NCBI GenBank assembly: GCA_010909165.1
Contig: MU008160.1
Coordinates: 1,302,001 to 1,366,000, forward strand
DNA length: 64,000 bases
Direction of reading: 5' to 3'
From: Anthoceros angustus
Taxonomy: Eukaryota > Plantae > Anthocerotophyta
In this document: positions 59,135 to 64,000 of the stretch, piece by piece
Layout: every line of letters starts with the position of its first letter
Numbering within the stretch: position 1 is the stretch's first letter
The notes under the pieces: model-generated
Database searches by the model: none
What the model saw: only the letters and a program-made list of their open reading frames with translations
What the model was told of the DNA's origin: nothing
Position numbers and translations under genes: made by a program

Positions 59135-59359
59135 TACTGGGTTGCAGGATTCAAAAGTTTCGGAATTCTGTCAGGCTCAGCCCTGTGCGGATTGCGAAGA
59201 ATGGCAGCTTGGATGCAGGAGAAGAGAGGCTGGTTTGATGCGGCGTGGTCCAGTTCCTTGATTATGACAAGGAAGAACAATTGCAAGCTGTTTTTGAAGC
59301 ATTTTGCTACAAATTTTGCAGACAAACGCCGGTGCTGCTGCTATTGCTAGGCCAAGGGA

Positions 59360-60320
59360 ATGGATTCCTGGACTAAGGAGGAGGAGGCAGCACTGCAGAG
59401 TGCATATTATGAGGTGAAGCCGTCTGCGAACTTCTGGCTTGATATTGCGAGAAAGGTGAGTGTGCCTTTGTGATCCTGGTAGGCTTCAATACATGGATAA
59501 CTGTTCAGCTCGAGCGTGGTTATGCTGCAGCTTGCAGCTATGGTGTCTTAGGGTTTCCGCGCTGCGTGTCTTGCAGGTGCCAGGAAAAACGGCCAAGGAC
59601 TGTTTCGACAAGCACTACTCCGCGTTCCCCACGCCTCCACAGCTGCAAAGAGCATCCCGTCGTAGATCTCCTGCAAAAGGTGCGGGAGATCTGGTAGTGT
59701 ATGAGTCTGAGACGGAGGATGGAGCGAGTGGTAAGAGGAAGCGTAAGAGGAAGCCTACACTGAGCAGGTCTAGGAAAATCGTGCGGGAAATGATGCGGCA
59801 GCAGCGCATGGCAGAGGAAGGCTATGAAGCCGATGAGTTTGCTGCTTTGGAGTGTCTTGGAGCCGCAAATGAGAACCAGGCCCTGACGCCGGTGAGCTCC
59901 ACCCGACGAAACGTGCAGCCAAGTCCAGTTCAGCAGGCTGGCAAAGGGAAGGGGAGCAGGAAAGCGGTGCCTCAGCAAGATGTCGGGCAACAAGAGAATC
60001 GTAGTCCCGAGGTGTTGAAGCGGACTGTGAATCATGTGCAGCTCGACCGGTATATCGACCTGTTGCACAGTCGGAAGAAGCAGGATAAGTCGCTAGCTAG
60101 AGCCGCTTCTAAGCGGCCAAGAAGTGGAGCTTCGAGCAGGATTGTTGGCAAAGACTTCCATTCCCTATTGGAGGCCAAATGCGCTGTCATATCGACTGCG
60201 GAAGAGGTGCTCAGGAAATGTTCAAAATTGGAGGGTCCGCATTGCATTGATCACACTTTCGACGAAGACAGTGGTGATGACCTTAGTCTGGAAGCTGGAA
60301 TCGCAGCTTCGTTATTGTAG
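59360..60320 (+). CDS. SANT/Myb-like domain protein; intron 59456-59576; further 5' exons possible
   Basis: WTKEEEAALQSAYYEVKPSANFWLDIARK|VPGKTAKDCFDK. Confidence 0.8.
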
Positions 60321-60568
60321 TTTATCATACCTGAGTTCTATCTGACTATACCATGAATTGGTTACCAAACATTCTTTGCAGCTTGTATCACTGCATTAAC
60401 AAGATCTTCACTGTAATTGGACTAGAGTAAGGTGCCGTAGGCTACTTGGCAGACACGGTGGAAAAAAGTGTAGGCTCTCCTCATTTTCAGAGGTTCTCAA
60501 GTAAATCTGAGGCTTGTTCTTGAAAGCACTGAGTGGTCTGGTTCAAATGCTGGTGTAATTTGGTCAGT

Positions 60569-62164
60569 TCACCCTTCAGCTGCAGAATGATGGTATCTTT
60601 GGTTTCCAGGGCAAGTCTTACGCGCTCTGCAATGGTGTCGATCCTTTTCACCTGGACAGTGGAACCGATTACAGTGCACGATGTATTGAGACTTTAGTCG
60701 TCTGTAAATGAGAGTTGAACTGAGAGCAGGTTTCACTCCTGCAGACTTCTGGATTACCTTTTGCAACTTATATCCTTGCATTTCCGAAGCACGTCTGACG
60801 TCATCCTGTTTCCTATCATTCTCCCATATTTCCTTCTCCTTTTCCATTTCTTTTCCTGCAGTGGAGGTGATGGGTGGGTGGTCATGAAGGTGCGAGTATG
60901 CGCTGTTCCCTTGACTGGTACTTACTCAGGGCAGTTATTTCATCTTCTTGTTTCTTGCTTATCGATTCAAGCTTGAGGTTCCATTCCTTGGCCTAGGATC
61001 ATTACGTATGCTGCACTTAGTCTTGCATGCTTTGTTTTTCAGCGCTAATTAACAGTTAGTAGCAACCCATACCAAGCGACGTTGTAATACCTCTCGCTGG
61101 TGCCGCAGTCGATCATCTTCAGACTTGAGGCAGACTGCAGCAAGCTCCTCCTCAAGACGAGACACTTTCTGACGCAGAGAGTTGCTGGATGCGGTCAAAT
61201 CCTCCATCGTCCTTTCTGACTGCCACAGAAGAAGATCAGCGGTTTACCCCATGGTGGATTGCCTGTCGAGCCAAGACAGTGATACACTAAAATCTCACCT
61301 GGTTCTTATAGCTCTGATATTTATTCTCAAGGTCGGATATGGTGGCATCGTAGGTGTCCCTGAGCTCAACCACTGTCCGCCTGTGCATCTCTTCCACATT
61401 CTCTCTTCTCATGGCTTGGGCTCTCTCCTGTGCAGCAAGCTCCTGCAATGCAAACGCAGAGGCTCTCTTAAAAATCCAGTGAATCGCCCACCAACGACGT
61501 CAATCAAAAAGGCCACAGGACAGCACCTTACCTCCTGCACTCTCGACGTGCTCTCCGCAAGTTGAGTCTCGAGAGCCCTGCACTTCTTGTCAAAATTATG
61601 GATACGTGACTCCAGTTTCTTCTTCTGCTTCGCATTCTCGAGCGACAGGCTCTCGATCTTCTTCTCCTTCTCCGTCAGCTTGTCCCTCAACTTGCCAATC
61701 TCCTCCTGTTGAACAGAGTCGAACACAGGTCTCACAATGACGAAACCTTCAGGACCAGAACCCTCCATCGCAATCGGCTATCTGTGCAGCAATCCCGGTC
61801 CCTGAGAGCGACCCAAGCAGGGAGAGAGAACCGGCCTGGTACAGGAGTTGAGATTGGAGGCGGAGAAGCTTTCCAGACGCCGTTTCCTTGGCTCCGGCTG
61901 CATCGGTGACGCTGGGAGATGCAGGCCTAGGGTTTTGGCTGGCTGCGTCGGGGACTTGGACCGAGGGGGTTGCTGAAGCAGGCCGCACCCGCAGTTGGCT
62001 GCGCAGTGCGTGCACCGACACCTTGAGCTGCTCGTATCTCTGCAGCCTGTCGCCTGCCGATGCGTCGTCCTCCGTGGGCGGAAGCAGCAGACCCCTGCTC
62101 TGCATTCTGAAATCCGACGGCATTGTCCCTGTTTGTCCTCGATGTCTGAATTGCCCTTCACCAT
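60569..62164 (-). CDS. Coiled-coil protein of unknown function; multi-exon, boundaries uncertain
   Basis: Heptad-rich exons EEIGKLRDKLTEKEKKIESLSLEN, LRQKVSRLEEEL and EKEKEIWENDRK. Confidence 0.5.
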
Positions 62165-62457
62165 GATTGCCCAGATTGATACTCACGCATCTTCATGCCG
62201 TTGGAGGCATTCGCAGGAAGCAAGCTTGAAGCATGGCCGTTACTTCACACTCACTCTAAGATAAAGAGTCTGTTGGCAGACAACGCTGTAACCTCCAGTT
62301 CGAACCCGTCCAGGACTTGCGACTTTGATAGATACAGCTCGTCTTCTACACTGGTAGTTCTCCCCGACCCTGATACGGAGGGAAGCAGCAAGGAGGTGAA
62401 CGTGGGAAGGAACAGATTGGTAACGAGGAATTGTACAGTCCTGCAGCCTGAGACATT

Positions 62458-64000
62458 CTAATTCAAATCTGCTTTGTAGTTTGGCTTCTCTCCTTGGCAA
62501 AGATATTCATCACAAGAGTTTGCAGTGCCCCACTCCCGCCGTAGTCTCACGATATCGTTGCTGAACGTAGATCCAGCAGTCCCGATGAAGGAGGTGGCTA
62601 GCGCATGAATGGTCTTGTCAAGCATGCCCATCACCTGCAACCCGGAAGCTCACTCTTTTAGGCAAGCAACGCAAGGTGGAGATGCTGAACTCGACATACA
62701 AGGAGATGGATGGATGACTTATACCTCCGAACTCTTGTCCAGCCCGTGCTTCACCAGCAGAGAATCCCACTTCACACGAGAGTCGTGCTCGGGTCTGGTG
62801 ATTGCAGGGATAGGTTTGCCGGCTTCCATGAGCATGGCTTTCAACAGGTCGATCTCAGACGGAGCTGCATCTGAGGAGATGAACACGACTGAAGCATTTG
62901 TTGCCTGGAGTCGTCGAAGTATGCAGCCTGCAGCTTGAGGGATCGGGAAGAAGCAGTCTTCGGGGTTGGTATTGCTGCACATGGTTTTAACTCACCGTGT
63001 GTTAAGCAGTGGAAGAGACGAGAACTCTCAATTCTGCTACCATGCCCCGTGACAGATTCTGCAGGAGGGAAGAAGGAACTCACCAGAACATCAACCATCC
63101 GTGTCTCCGGAAGTGGAACGACAGGAAGTTATTTCCCAGATAAGTCTGGATAAAGCGCTGTGCAGTGAGCACGATGAGCCTGCTAGGCTGGATGATGGTC
63201 TTGCAGGCTGGACGTGCAAGAGGCCCTCCAGCCTGCTGCTGCCAGCTCTGCTCCACATCAGCGTAAAACACATCTCCAATAGCAATGACCTCATCTTCCA
63301 CACCGAACTTGGCTAGGAAATCATCCAACCCTGGGTGAGACGGTACACTGCTTCCCCCAAGTTCAGGATCACTCGGCCAAGCATCCTCCCACAAACCCCA
63401 GGTAACTCCTGCCGCCTTCAGCTTCGCCCGCTTATCCTCATCGAGATAACAATTCCGGAAATAGCAGATGAACCTGTCCACATTCACCTTCCCTCTCCCT
63501 GCTTCAAACTCATCAAACGTCAGCACCGTCCTGTTGCCTATGCAGGACTTGATATGGCCCACGTCGAGAGCACTGCTCATGTCGTACGCCCACACCTCAT
63601 ACCGCTTACTGGGCAGCACCAGACTCCGATTCAGCAGAGCCGCGAAGAACATATGCTTCTCCACGCAAATGAGCCGGTTGGAGAACTGCCCAGACACGCA
63701 CACGGCAAGCAGGAACCTCTCCTTCTCAGGCCGCCACACCACCTCCCGCCTTCCCCCCGCCTCCCCAGCCTCAACCTTGTGGCAATGTGCGCCGCCCACA
63801 ACCGGAGCCTGCCCCCCGCTCACCGAGTCAACATTCCCTAAGCTCTCCTTCAGCGTCTGTTGCATCCTCCTGTTCAATTCAAGCTGCGCCAGAATTCCAC
63901 TCCCCACCTCCTCCATCCCAGGAACGCTTCCAGTAGCCGTACGGAGCTCCAAGATCCCTTTCTCCTGCTCCTTCAGCATCGACAACACGCCCAGCTCTGC
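62458..64000 (-). CDS. GDP-fucose protein O-fucosyltransferase family protein; 5' end beyond the window
   Basis: SGQFSNRLICVEKHMFFAALLNRSLVLP; TAQRFIQTYLG..F.SFHFRRHG; LDKTI.A.A..FIGT.GSTFS. Confidence 0.9.

Overview
This is gene-dense land-plant nuclear DNA, not prokaryotic. Introns are mostly ~80-110 bp, coding regions are GC-rich, and it carries PLS-class PPR genes, HCF107 and an EPF/EPFL-like gene. A hornwort or another non-seed plant is my inference. 1-15 kb: a tandem cluster of intronless, very divergent double-AP2-like genes, interleaved with LTR remnants, minisatellites and a full-length Ty1/copia element (196-bp LTRs, GAAAC TSD). 16-38 kb: a zinc-binding oxidoreductase, a DnaJ, HCF107, EndoU, two CRE-like RLE non-LTR retroelements, a RING protein, a Trp/Tyr permease, an unknown conserved protein and an alpha/beta hydrolase. 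38-47 kb: duplicated, scrambled gypsy/chromovirus and LINE-like debris. 48-64 kb: an EPFL-like peptide gene, a Gnk2/DUF26-like protein, two PLS-PPRs, a CRM protein, a SANT/Myb protein, a coiled-coil protein and an O-fucosyltransferase. Best lead: a five-exon, fully in-frame gene model fusing two OSB-type PDF (ssDNA-binding) motifs to a PLS-E+ PPR array (55656-59134). Caveat: scattered 1-bp indels suggest a noisy long-read consensus, so frameshifts and some tandem duplications may be artefacts. All homology calls come from motif recognition, not database searches.
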